Assembly: GCA_963614595.1 (NCBI GenBank)
Contig: CAVECL010000006.1
Location: forward strand, 120-64,119
Source: Parasutterella excrementihominis
Lineage (GTDB): Bacteria > Bacillota_I > Bacilli_A > RFN20 > CAG-826
DNA: 64,000 bases
Direction of reading: 5' to 3'
Both the position numbers and the translations under genes were made by a program. The notes under the pieces were generated by a model. The model worked only from the letters and a program-made list of their open reading frames with translations. It made no database searches and was not told the DNA's origin. Shown here in pieces: positions 45,498-55,108 of the stretch (positions are counted from its first letter, which is position 1; each line of letters opens with the position of its first letter).

Positions 45498-48296
45498 TCA
45501 GATGATGGTTCTGACGAAGCAATAAGTCTTCATCTCTTCCGGATTTTCGTTCCCGTCCTTGCGATACTTATCCTCGAAACTATAAGGACCGACTCCGAAG
45601 TCTTCTTCCCCGTTATGATGAGGCCCCATGCAATTGCGCGGGCTCACGATAAGGTTCAAGGCCAGGCTGTTGCTCCCCTCATGAAGGAACTTGGAGAGGT
45701 CGAAACGATAATCGAACATCGAGGCATCGACTTTCTTGCCGTTCACTTCAAAATCAAGCATTTGGAAACGCTTCTCGACGACAAGCTCAGAGTCTTTTGA
45801 GCTTGCTTCAAGGGTTCCAAGCAAGGGAAGCTCGCCGTGGAAGAATGGGAAGCCGTCTTCAATAAGCCTGCAAATCTCAGTTTTTTGCTTGCCGATGTAG
45901 AAGTTTTTGCCGAAAACGACGGTGGAATCTTTTCCTTCGGTGAAGTCGCCATAGACCCCGAAGTCGCCCTTCAGATAGATGGGCTCGATGTTGGAATCAT
46001 AAACAAGGCAGTTGCGGAGGCTCTCGGTGACGTTCTCGCCAAAGAGCGCGTAATAGACCTCCTCCTTTTGGAAGTAATCCATCTTCAAGATCACCTCGTT
46101 TTGACCGATTTTCAACGAAGAGCAAGCATCGTAAACGGAAAGCGTCTTTTCATATTCGGAAGCCTTCGGGCCCTTTAGTTCCTTGCCATTCAAGAAGATG
46201 GAGAGCAGGTGGGGATTTTCAACCTCAAGCTCGCATTTGCTGGGCAGATTTTTTACCTCAAAGCAGTATTTCACATAGAGGGTGCCTTTATAACGGCTCT
46301 TCAAAAGATCGGCGAACGCATCGAGGTGGTAAAATTCATCGGTGTAGTCTTTGCCGTTGAAAGAATAGGAAACGCGGTCAAGCGTCAGGAAATTATCGAC
46401 TTTCTTCGCTAATTTATAAGAGGAAGGCAGATGGATTTCCTTCAAAGGCTTCTTGGCTTCGTATTCGTCTTTGGAAAAATAAAGGATTCTCGAACCGCCT
46501 TTTTCGAGTTTGAAGGAAAGCGGGAGTTTCTTCATGGTCTTCGCTTCAACGTCATAGGAATCGAAACTATGCATCCCCTCTTTCGCGAAAGAGACTTCCG
46601 CTTCCTCCCCGACGTTCACGAGATAGATGTACTCCTTCCCGTCTTTGTCTTTTCTCCAAGAAACGCGGTAGCCCTCACTCTCATTGGAAGTGAATCCATC
46701 GATGCCAGAAAGGGATGGGAGGGCGATGTTCTCTTTCCAAGAATAGACATGCAGCTGCCCTTCCAAATAATCCGGGAGTCCATAAGGCAAGCAAAGTTTG
46801 CCTCCGTTGCTTACGAATTCTGCGATGAGCTTTTCCGTAGACGCATCCATGGTAAAGAGCTTTGGAAGGACAAGGATATCATAAGAACGCTCGCCGCAGG
46901 CTAAGGACGCCCCTTTAACGCTGCCGTGTTTTGCAAGCAAAGTCTCATCTACAAGATGCCAAGAGACATGCATCGCGGTGAGTTTGGCAATGAGTTCTTG
47001 GAAAGGCTTCTCGATTGCCTCAGTGCTAAGATAAGGCCATTCGCCGTTGCGCTTATAGTCGAAATAGACGCTGCGTATTGGCTGAAGAACCGCAATCTTC
47101 GGGGCTTCGCTGCTGTTTGCGAGGAATTCCCCTAAATAAGAAACATAGTCATTGAAAACCTTGAATCCCTTTTTGATCCAGCCGTTTAAAGGAACGTAGT
47201 GAGCAGGATAGTCTCTCTTCCTTTGGCCGTATTCGGCATAAGGGAGAAGATGCTGGCAAAGAAGGTTGACTCCGCCCCAGTAAAGAGCCTCAGCGTTCCT
47301 CTTTAACTCAATCGGAGTCACATCCCAGCCGGAGCAAGCGAAAGCCTCGGTGATAACCTGCTTTTTGCCAAGCTGTTGGGCGACGGATCCGACTTGCTTC
47401 GGGGAAAGGATATCCGGACAGAACCTGCCAAGCCAATCCACGCCGGGGATGTGCTCGTATTCATACATCGGCATGATCCCAGCGCAGCAGTTCATCTGGT
47501 ATGGCAAGGTGGTCTCTTCCACGTAATGCCCGGTGAAGAGGTAATTGTTCTTGTCGCACCATTCATAAATCTGCTCAGAGAAAGAATGAAGCATCATGTC
47601 TTGCAGGGCTTTCCAATAGCGGTAACGGAATTCGCGATAGCCCTCTTTTTCAACAAAGACAAGGCCCAGCTGGTCCATGATGTCTACGCCATAATGGGAT
47701 TTGAAGTAAGCGGGAAGCATTTCCGTATAAGGATGCCCCCAACGGAAATACTGAGGCTCGTCAGTGAAAAATCCCCGCAAACCACCATTATCTCTCTTTT
47801 TATATTCCTCATGAGTGATCTTGATGAACTTTTCGATCACCTCATGATTGCAGATATCAACCGTCGAAGGGGAGATTCTCTTGTAAAGGTTAAGAACGTT
47901 GTCCCCTTCCTTCACCCTGACGAGCTTCTCTCCCGAGACGTCATAGCAGGCAAAGGCTTTTGGATCGGCGGGCCCAATCGAATACTCGAGATAACGGTCA
48001 CGATTGGCCTCGTCCTCTAAGAGTTTTCCTCCCGCGAAGCCGCTAGGCCAGCCGTTCTCGTCATAAGCGTAAGCGTTCATGCCCAATTTCATCGCTTCGT
48101 TCACCGAAGCTTCGACGCATTTGAACCATTTCTCACCTAGATAAGGGGTCATAAGCCCGCCGCGGGCATGCATGAAGAACCCGCCGATGCCATTATCGTG
48201 CATCCAATCGATCTGCTTCACGCAATCTTCCGGCTCCAGCTCGTCATTCCAACTCCAAAATGGAATCGGTCTGTATTTGGAATCAATCTTGTCCAT
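45498..48296 (-). CDS. Large cytoplasmic glycoside hydrolase, family unresolved
   Basis: ORF trimmed to MDKIDSKYRPIPFWSWND. The N-terminal RPIPFWSWN...GIGGFFMHARGG pattern is seen in several glycosidase families. The C-terminus looks like a sugar-binding beta-sandwich. No signal peptide. Confidence 0.65.
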   Translation of the reverse strand: MDKIDSKYRPIPFWSWNDELEPEDCVKQIDWMHDNGIGGFFMHARGGLMTPYLGEKWFKCVEASVNEAMKLGMNAYAYDENGWPSGFAGGKLLEDEANRDRYLEYSIGPADPKAFACYDVSGEKLVRVKEGDNVLNLYKRISPSTVDICNHEVIEKFIKITHEEYKKRDNGGLRGFFTDEPQYFRWGHPYTEMLPAYFKSHYGVDIMDQLGLVFVEKEGYREFRYRYWKALQDMMLHSFSEQIYEWCDKNNYLFTGHYVEETTLPYQMNCCAGIMPMYEYEHIPGVDWLGRFCPDILSPKQVGSVAQQLGKKQVITEAFACSGWDVTPIELKRNAEALYWGGVNLLCQHLLPYAEYGQRKRDYPAHYVPLNGWIKKGFKVFNDYVSYLGEFLANSSEAPKIAVLQPIRSVYFDYKRNGEWPYLSTEAIEKPFQELIAKLTAMHVSWHLVDETLLAKHGSVKGASLACGERSYDILVLPKLFTMDASTEKLIAEFVSNGGKLCLPYGLPDYLEGQLHVYSWKENIALPSLSGIDGFTSNESEGYRVSWRKDKDGKEYIYLVNVGEEAEVSFAKEGMHSFDSYDVEAKTMKKLPLSFKLEKGGSRILYFSKDEYEAKKPLKEIHLPSSYKLAKKVDNFLTLDRVSYSFNGKDYTDEFYHLDAFADLLKSRYKGTLYVKYCFEVKNLPSKCELEVENPHLLSIFLNGKELKGPKASEYEKTLSVYDACSSLKIGQNEVILKMDYFQKEEVYYALFGENVTESLRNCLVYDSNIEPIYLKGDFGVYGDFTEGKDSTVVFGKNFYIGKQKTEICRLIEDGFPFFHGELPLLGTLEASSKDSELVVEKRFQMLDFEVNGKKVDASMFDYRFDLSKFLHEGSNSLALNLIVSPRNCMGPHHNGEEDFGVGPYSFEDKYRKDGNENPEEMKTYCFVRTII

Positions 48297-48403
48297 ACTT
48301 TTCCTCGAAGGCCAATAAGCCTTTTCTTCTTGATTATATATGCGCGCGCCCGTGAAAAGGGCGCAAGAAAAGCGCAACGAAACAAAAGTTCAATTAAAGA
48401 ACA

Positions 48404-50851
48404 TTAAAAGGCTGAAAGAGACAAGCCCTCAAAGGAAGAAGGCTCATAGGACTCGATGTCGATAACAGCCTCATCCCCTGCTTCGAGGTTCAGATAGTTG
48501 TCGCTATAGACGTACCCGCAGTTCTCGGGGAACTGGATGAAAAGGGACTTCACAAAGGTCTTCGCTTTGACCGTAAGCTTCGCGTGACGTTCATCGACGA
48601 CATTCAAATGATAGTCGAACTTATTCTCGAATTCGGCCCCGCTCCAGTTAAAAGGGGAATAAAGGGTCTTCTTGTATTTCCCGTCTTTGGAATAAGCGTA
48701 AAGATAGGTATTGTGGTCAAATTCCGAAGCGGAGAGAACGACGTCATAAAGTTTCGACGGGGAGAAAGCGACCTTCTCTTCTTTCTCGAAAATAAGGGTC
48801 CCATCAATCTTCTTGGCCCCGTAAACGATGGTGACATCATCATCCTCGCTCGTCGAATTATCAACGAAAAGATGGGTCCTGCCGTCTTTGTCTTGATAGA
48901 AGCTGGCAAGACGAGGGGCATAAGAATGGGCCAAGCCATAGTAGACTTCCTTTGGCTCAAGATAATAATCAAGGACAGCCCAGGTGCCACTAGGCCAGAT
49001 ATCATTGAACATCCAATTGAGGAACGCCCCGCAGATATCGCGATGGGCGCGAGAGTATTCAGCTTCCGTGGTCAAGGCCTCAGAATGCGCGAGCATCGCC
49101 TTCCTGATGAAGTCTTTGACGTCGGTCGGCTTTCCATAAAGCTCGGTCGCATAGAAAAGTTCGCGGTGGGGGAAATCAAGGCAAACGGCCGCATAAGGGT
49201 TCTCCATGAAGCGGTCATTCCACATTTCATCCATCGGCCACATATGCTCGTCGCCGAAGATCTTGTGAAGGGTCTCGTAGCTAGAAGGGCCTAAGGTCGC
49301 GCATTCGCTGACGAACGGAACGACTTTCTCCGCGACCTGCGCGCGGTAGTCTTTCATTCCCCTCTCCAGAGCCGGTTCAAGGCAGTTATGATGGGAATCG
49401 CCGCTATGCCAATCGTTTCCGATGTCATTGTAAGAATGAGGCGATTGCCGGCGATAAGGACGGGTATCATCAAGGTTATAGACCACTCCGTAAAGGATGC
49501 AGTTCACGAGGAAATCGCCGTGGCTGATGAGGTTGCCATAGCATCCGGTCTTCTCGTTGCCCCCGCACCAATAGACAAGGCTAGGGTGGTTGCGAAGCCT
49601 TTTGACTTGGTAGGTTACTTCTTCAACGACGCTTGCGACGAACTCCGGATGATCGTCCGGGATATCCGCGCAGGCGAAGCAAATGTCCTGCCACACCAAG
49701 ATGCCCTCTTTGTCGCAGAGCTCGAAGAAAATATCCTTTTCATAGATGCCTCCGCCCCAAACGCGGAGGATATTGAGGTTCATCTTCTTCGCAAGATTGA
49801 TGTATTTGACGTACTTCTCGTCTTTCATCGTGCCCGAGAAGCATTCGGGGGGCACCCAGTTCGAGCCTTTGAGGAAGATCTTCTTGCCGTTGATGAGCAT
49901 ATCCATCCCAAGAAGCCCATCCCCTTTCCCCTCTTCGAGGATCTCGACTTTGCGGAAAGCGAAATAGCCTTTCTTCTCATCGAGTTTCTTGCCTCCGCGA
50001 TAAAGCGAGACGCGATAGGGATAAAGAGGCTGCTCGCCATAACCGACGGGCCACCACTTTTTGAAGGAATCCAATTTCGTCCCATAGAAGTTTTTCTTCC
50101 CGTTAAGGACGACTTCCGCTTTGAAATAGTCTTCTTCGAATGGGGTTTTGGAGATTTCGAAAACCAAGCGGTCATCGTCTTTCGCCGCGCCTTTCTTGAT
50201 TATGGAGCCATCCGGGGCAAGAAGATCGTTATTCGAATAGTTGGTCTCGACGAAGAAATTCACATGTCCCTGGTCGTCGGCTTTGATGTGCACATCATTG
50301 ATCTGATAAGGTTCCGCGCTTTCAAGGGTGACGTCGTCGATAATCCCATAAGCGCAGATCTTCGGGGCCCAATCCCAGCCGAAATGGCATTGGGGCTTCC
50401 TTAGGAAAATGCGCGGAAGGTTGAAAGTTGCGCTATAGCCAGTTGTGTCGATTTTGTCCGCGGCATTAAGCGTGCTATGCATAAAAACCCGCAAAACGTT
50501 GTTCTTTTCCTTCAAAGCGGCTTTCGCGTCAAAGCGATATTCGAGGAAAGCGTTCTTGGTTGAGCCTAATAAAACGCCGTTGAGATAGATGTCCGCGAAG
50601 AGGTCGATGCCCTTAAAGACAAGGGTTTGACTATCTTTGGCGAAAGCTTCATCGGTTACATCGAAAATCGCCTCGTAAACGAAATCCTCTCTGCCAATCC
50701 ATTCGGCGTCTTTGTAGTTCTCCCTGATGTAGGGATCCTCAATCATGCCGGCTTTGAAGGCGTCGATCGTGACGTCCCCAGGCACTTCCGCTTTGATTTT
50801 TTGGCCTTTTAAAGTCAAATTCCAGTTCTTCAGGGTTTGGACAATTCTCAT
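48404..50851 (-). CDS. GH2 glycosidase, beta-mannosidase-like
   Basis: 815 aa. Contains VPGDVTIDAFKAGMIEDPY and NILRVWGGGIYE..FFELCDKEGILVWQD. No signal peptide. Confidence 0.8.
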   Translation of the reverse strand: MRIVQTLKNWNLTLKGQKIKAEVPGDVTIDAFKAGMIEDPYIRENYKDAEWIGREDFVYEAIFDVTDEAFAKDSQTLVFKGIDLFADIYLNGVLLGSTKNAFLEYRFDAKAALKEKNNVLRVFMHSTLNAADKIDTTGYSATFNLPRIFLRKPQCHFGWDWAPKICAYGIIDDVTLESAEPYQINDVHIKADDQGHVNFFVETNYSNNDLLAPDGSIIKKGAAKDDDRLVFEISKTPFEEDYFKAEVVLNGKKNFYGTKLDSFKKWWPVGYGEQPLYPYRVSLYRGGKKLDEKKGYFAFRKVEILEEGKGDGLLGMDMLINGKKIFLKGSNWVPPECFSGTMKDEKYVKYINLAKKMNLNILRVWGGGIYEKDIFFELCDKEGILVWQDICFACADIPDDHPEFVASVVEEVTYQVKRLRNHPSLVYWCGGNEKTGCYGNLISHGDFLVNCILYGVVYNLDDTRPYRRQSPHSYNDIGNDWHSGDSHHNCLEPALERGMKDYRAQVAEKVVPFVSECATLGPSSYETLHKIFGDEHMWPMDEMWNDRFMENPYAAVCLDFPHRELFYATELYGKPTDVKDFIRKAMLAHSEALTTEAEYSRAHRDICGAFLNWMFNDIWPSGTWAVLDYYLEPKEVYYGLAHSYAPRLASFYQDKDGRTHLFVDNSTSEDDDVTIVYGAKKIDGTLIFEKEEKVAFSPSKLYDVVLSASEFDHNTYLYAYSKDGKYKKTLYSPFNWSGAEFENKFDYHLNVVDERHAKLTVKAKTFVKSLFIQFPENCGYVYSDNYLNLEAGDEAVIDIESYEPSSFEGLSLSAF

Positions 50852-51020
50852 AATGATTCTTCCTACGGGATATCGTTAAGTCAAATGCTACCCAAAAGGC
50901 TTTTTGTGAACTTGCCTTTTTCTATCGAAAAAGTCCTATTTTCTTTCTAGGCAATCACGGCCAAAAACACCGAAAAGGCGCTAAAAAGGAAACACCTAAA
51001 AAAGAAAAGAAGCGAGCGAG

Positions 51021-51230
51021 GTCTCAGCGCTGAAGAAAGAATTCGGTAAATCCTCCTTTTACCGTGAGAATGTCTCTTGAATGCCCCGATAAGAGAAAGC
51101 GGATATGTGCCCTTTCTCCTAGAGGCTCCAGCGCTAACAGGTCCGAGAAAGCGCTTCAGCGAAAATTTGCTCCTGCGGGGCGCTTTCGACGACGAGGCCC
51201 GTCCTTAAAATTCCATTCAGTCGATGAGAC
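51021..51230. ncRNA. Candidate structured RNA (unidentified)
   Basis: A roughly 19-bp interrupted closing helix (51021-51043 with 51209-51230) encloses several local hairpins, two of which are mutually exclusive. The region has no ORF. Confidence 0.25.
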
Positions 51231-51266
51231 GATTCAATAGAGCAAAAGAAACAACTTATTAAAATT

Positions 51267-51308
51267 GCAATTGAATTGCTGATTTTCCGCAATTGAATTG
51301 CGGTTTTT
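51267..51308 (+). repeat. Two copies of the palindrome GCAATTgAATTGC, each followed by a T-run
   Basis: Copy 1 is at 51267-51279 (followed by TGATTTT). Copy 2 is the extended CCGCAATTgAATTGCGG at 51287-51303 (followed by TTTTT). Confidence 0.6.
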
Positions 51309-51377
51309 CATAAGTATTAAAGCGCAAAAACAGAAAAGCTCAAATCCAATGTCTTTTTGCGTTTGGGCCCCCTAAAG

Positions 51378-51405
51378 AAAAAAGCCTGACGCAATTGCAT
51401 CAAGC
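51378..51405 (-). terminator. Intrinsic terminator after tRNA-Ser(GCU)
   Basis: Minus strand: GCTTGATGC-aatt-GCGTCAGGC (9 bp, 2 G.U pairs) followed by TTTTTT, 13 nt after the tRNA 3' end. Confidence 0.7.
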
Positions 51406-51418
51406 CATTATTTCAAAG

Positions 51419-51511
51419 TGGCGGAGGCGTCGGGATTCGAACCCGAGCACCGGCATACACCGATCTAACAGGTTAGCAACCTGCCCCCTTCGGCCTCTTG
51501 GGTACGCCTCC
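51419..51511 (-). tRNA. tRNA-Ser (anticodon GCU)
   Basis: Folded by hand. Acceptor GGAGGCG/CGCCTCC, 3-bp D stem, anticodon loop UUGCUAA, long variable arm, T-loop UUCGAAU. CCA is encoded. Confidence 0.9.
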
Positions 51512-51672
51512 GCGTGGAGAAACTATACAACAAAGGAAAAGAGAAAGGTAGGGGCAAATTCAACAACCTTTAGAGTGAAAAAGTCCCATCGCAGGCTATT
51601 GATAACGCTTTCCTGACAATAGCCAATCCGTTTGCGATATGATAACGTGACGTAAAAAAGAACGCCAAAAAT

Positions 51673-53409
51673 ATGCAAACATTCATTCCCCTGATGCTTG
51701 ATTCAGCAAGCGCGTCGCCGATTTGGATTTATATCCTTTTGATGTGCGGCGGATTGGGAGCCTTGTTCATTGGCATGAACATGCTGCAGGCTTCCACGGA
51801 AAAGATCGCAACCAAAGGCCTAAGGAAGCTTTTCGCCAAAACGGCGAATTCCAAGCTCGCGGGCTTAGGCATCGGCACCTTGGCCACGATGATCATGCAG
51901 TCTAGCGGCGCTACGACCGTCATGGTCGTGGGCTTCGTTAACGCAGGGGCGATGACCCTCGCGCAGGCGACCACCTATATTATGGGCGCCAACATCGGCA
52001 CCACCATCACCGCCCAGCTCGTCGCTTTAGGCGGACTTAGCTCCGATTCCTTCCCTTTGACGGAAATCCTAATCGCCTTAACCCTTATCGGCGTGGTCCT
52101 CCGCATGATTTTCGCGAAGAAACATCCGAAAATCGCATTAGCGGGCGACCTCATCGCTGGGCTTGGTCTTCTCTTCCTTGGCTTGGAGACCATGACGAGC
52201 AACATGAAGGGTCTTTTCCTCGATAATCAGAATCTGAAGGATTTCCTCACGACGATGACGAATCCCTTCTTGCTTCTTGTCATCGGCATCCTTCTCACCG
52301 TTCTTGCCCAATCCTCTAGCGCGGTCACCTCAATCGTTCTGGCGATGGCCATGGCTGGGGCGATTGTCGGGGGAAGCGGCAACGGCGTTCTCTATCTGAT
52401 CTTAGGTTCGAACATCGGTTCCTGCTCCACCGCCTTGCTCTCCGCGATCGGCTCCACCGCAAACGGCAAAAGAGCCTCAGTCATCCATCTTCTCTTCAAC
52501 GTCTTCGGCTCAATCATCTTCTTCATCGTCCTGATCTGCTGGCCTAGCGCGATGGAGATGACATTCGCGAAGCTCTTCCCCGACAATCCCGCCGTTCAGA
52601 TCGCCATGTTTCATACCTTCTTCAACGTGGTCTGCAGCGCTCTCTTCCTCCCCTTCACCAAGTTCTTTGTCTTCCTTTCCAACAAAATCGTCAGAGACAA
52701 GAAGAACAAGAAGAAGAGCGACCTTCTCGACGAGCGCTTCCTCTCCACTCCTGAACTCGCTTTGTCCCAAGCGGTTTCCTTTTACCATCTTTTAGGAGGA
52801 GAGGCCCTTCATAACCTCAACGATTCCTTAGATGCCTTCTTGAGCAGAGACATAAGCAAAAAAGGCGAGATCGAAGAAGAAGAGACCAAGGTGCTCAAAA
52901 TGTCGAAAGAGCTAAGTTCCTTCTTAGTCGCCATCTCCAGCGCGGGCGTATCCCCCGAATCCAGCGCGAAGATCTCCAAGATGCAGTTAGACATCGCTGA
53001 CCTTGTCCGTTTAAGCGAGATCGCCGATAACATCGCCGGCTACACCCGCCACGAAGTCGAGGACGAACTCACTTTCTCCGACATCGTTATTTCAGAGATC
53101 AAAGACATGAAGGCAAAGCTCGGCGGGATGTTCCAGGCGACCAAAGAGGCCTTCGATAGCCCGAGTTTAGAAAATCTAAACAAGGTCTCCTCTTATGAAA
53201 ACGAGATCGATAACCTCCGCACCACCATGGTCCACGGGCATCTCGAAAGACTTGAGAAAGGCACTTGCAAGCCACAGAACTCCAACACATTCCTGAACCT
53301 GGTATCCAATCTAGAAAGATGCGGCGATCACCTGAACTTCATCGCCGAAAGAAGCTGCTCCGCCTATCTCCCCAAAGGCAAGGAAGACAATCTCACCTTG
53401 CATCCTTGA
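51673..53409 (+). CDS. Na+/phosphate cotransporter family protein with a PhoU-like C-terminal domain
   Basis: Duplicated GANIGTTITAQ / GSNIGSCSTAL motifs in the membrane domain, plus a helical C-terminal ~220 aa. Confidence 0.88.
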   Translation: MQTFIPLMLDSASASPIWIYILLMCGGLGALFIGMNMLQASTEKIATKGLRKLFAKTANSKLAGLGIGTLATMIMQSSGATTVMVVGFVNAGAMTLAQATTYIMGANIGTTITAQLVALGGLSSDSFPLTEILIALTLIGVVLRMIFAKKHPKIALAGDLIAGLGLLFLGLETMTSNMKGLFLDNQNLKDFLTTMTNPFLLLVIGILLTVLAQSSSAVTSIVLAMAMAGAIVGGSGNGVLYLILGSNIGSCSTALLSAIGSTANGKRASVIHLLFNVFGSIIFFIVLICWPSAMEMTFAKLFPDNPAVQIAMFHTFFNVVCSALFLPFTKFFVFLSNKIVRDKKNKKKSDLLDERFLSTPELALSQAVSFYHLLGGEALHNLNDSLDAFLSRDISKKGEIEEEETKVLKMSKELSSFLVAISSAGVSPESSAKISKMQLDIADLVRLSEIADNIAGYTRHEVEDELTFSDIVISEIKDMKAKLGGMFQATKEAFDSPSLENLNKVSSYENEIDNLRTTMVHGHLERLEKGTCKPQNSNTFLNLVSNLERCGDHLNFIAERSCSAYLPKGKEDNLTLHP

Positions 53410-53425
53410 TCGATTAAAAGCCTCG

Positions 53426-53455
53426 AAAGCGCCGCAAAAAGCGCTTTTTTCTTTT
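53426..53455 (+). terminator. Intrinsic terminator of the Na/Pi transporter gene
   Basis: AAAGCGC-loop-GCGCTTT followed by TTTCTTTT. Confidence 0.7.
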
Positions 53456-53570
53456 AGATACCAAGGCGGTATTCATAAGCCTTCAAAGATAAAGAGAAGC
53501 ATTCCGCGAAGGAAAACGCCCGCGTCAGCCGAAAATTATCGCTCAAAATCGTCTGGCAGCATTTTTGGCC

Positions 53571-54644
53571 CTAATCCAGATAAGCGAGCTTGTTTTGGAT
53601 GAATTCCTTAAAACGAGGGAGCGCGAAAGAGAGCTTTCCCCTCTCAGGGCTCATCAAGACGCCTTTTTTGATGAGCCTGTCCCTATAACGGCAAAAATAT
53701 CCCTTGCTCAATTTCATTCTCTCCAAAATCAAAGAAACCGCCACAGGGGAGTTGGAATCAAAGGAAGCGACGACCTTTCTTTCGACTTCCGAAAGCGCGG
53801 ACCAGATCTTCGAATAAGCATATTCGTCCAGGCTTTCGTCGAAGCAAGAGAGAAGTTCCTCATCCACCTCCTTCTTTCTTTGCTCGAACATGAGATAGCC
53901 AAGTAATTGGAAAGCGAAGGCATAGCCTTTCGTGAGCTTCGCGGCGGCGATGGCGATTTCTTTTTCTAGCCCGAGCTTAGCCTCATAAGAAGCGGCGATA
54001 GAGGGAAAGTTCAGCGGGGTCAAGTAAGTCTTGGGGGCGCGGATTAAGAAAGTCATGTTCTTCTCGTTTTCCAGCGAGGAGATATTCTCAAATAGACCGG
54101 TCGCCAAAACGAACAGAGGATAATCCTCCCCTATGAGCATTTGGAATGTCAGGGCGAACTTCCTCATATAGGCGTTGTTCGAGGCCTCATCGATGCAAAG
54201 AAGGACTTTCTTTCCTTTTTTTGAGATGGCATTCATCATTTTAGAAAGCAAATCCTCGACGTTGAGCACAGGGTTCTTCCCCGAAAGGGAGAAAGTAAGT
54301 CCCTGGAAAGAGAAACTGAAATCTTTTTCCAAAAAGAGATGTTTGATTCTTGCAGAGCTATAAAGCTTCGCGGCGAATGCCTCGCGCATGTCATCCTCCG
54401 GGTTAAGCCCAATCACGATCCAGCCCTCGTCCTCCTTGAGCTGTTTTGAAATCGTGTTGAGCATCACCGTTTTTCCAGAGCCTCTAACCCCGGTGATGAT
54501 AAAACAATGCGACATGGGGATCTCGCTGTTCAGTTTTTCAATCAAATCCCTCTTGTCGGTTTCTCTGCTAACATATTCAAATGGCCTGTTGCCAAATGAC
54601 AAAGTGTATGGGTTCGACTTTTTATTGCTTTCATACTCATTCAT
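53571..54644 (-). CDS. Orphan P-loop ATPase (archaeal-ATPase/ORC-like) with a C-terminal wHTH-like region
   Basis: Walker A ITGVRGSGKTVML, Walker B-like VLLCIDEASN. 357 aa. Flanked by long non-coding stretches. Confidence 0.75.
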   Translation of the reverse strand: MNEYESNKKSNPYTLSFGNRPFEYVSRETDKRDLIEKLNSEIPMSHCFIITGVRGSGKTVMLNTISKQLKEDEGWIVIGLNPEDDMREAFAAKLYSSARIKHLFLEKDFSFSFQGLTFSLSGKNPVLNVEDLLSKMMNAISKKGKKVLLCIDEASNNAYMRKFALTFQMLIGEDYPLFVLATGLFENISSLENEKNMTFLIRAPKTYLTPLNFPSIAASYEAKLGLEKEIAIAAAKLTKGYAFAFQLLGYLMFEQRKKEVDEELLSCFDESLDEYAYSKIWSALSEVERKVVASFDSNSPVAVSLILERMKLSKGYFCRYRDRLIKKGVLMSPERGKLSFALPRFKEFIQNKLAYLD

Positions 54645-55087
54645 ACTTTCTTTTTCCTTTCATACTTGTTCATACTTTTGTCAACGAAGCATTTGCGATT
54701 GGGTTTAATGGTATCGTTCAGTTTGGATTCCAAAGATTAAGCCTCTTCTTTTTTTGAGCTTCCCTGCGAAGTTTCGGCAATATTCATAACAAAAAATCCA
54801 TGGCAAAAATAAGCCTAAGAAAAAACCATTTTCTTCTCGGTTAAAACCCTAAGATAAATTCATTTGAGTCACGACGATATGTAAAATTGGTTTCGAATTC
54901 GAAAAGACCCTATCTTTCATTTCGTAAAATCTTGCGGTCGTTATGAAATCGGCGGTTTGAAAAGACGGAAGGGACGGATGAATATAAGCAAAGAGGAAAC
55001 AAAGGAACTAAGCCTCATGAATCCTTTGGCATCTCTTGTCTATGCAAATTTTACGCGAAAGCCTTCAGACAGGCGGACTCAGCGGTC

Positions 55088-55108
55088 AAAAAAACGCCCG
55101 AAGGCGTT
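55088..55108 (-). terminator. Intrinsic terminator of proS
   Basis: Minus strand: AACGCC-ttcg-GGCGTT followed by TTTTTTT, 15 nt after the stop. Confidence 0.8.

Noticed and set aside
47376-48020. A 214-aa plus-strand ORF inside the 45498..48296 glycosidase gene.
   Set aside because: Antisense shadow ORF. The minus-strand frame is continuous for 2.8 kb and carries glycosidase motifs.
48584-50404. Long plus-strand ORFs (236 and 338 aa) inside the GH2 gene.
   Set aside because: They are antisense shadows of a gene with clear GH2 motifs on the minus strand. Their sequences are Arg/Gly/Ile-rich and not protein-like.
51139-51161. An SRP-RNA-like string, CAGGTCCGAGAAAGCGCTTCAGC.
   Set aside because: It lacks the GGAA tetraloop helix and the symmetric-loop pairing of SRP domain IV. 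The resemblance is superficial.
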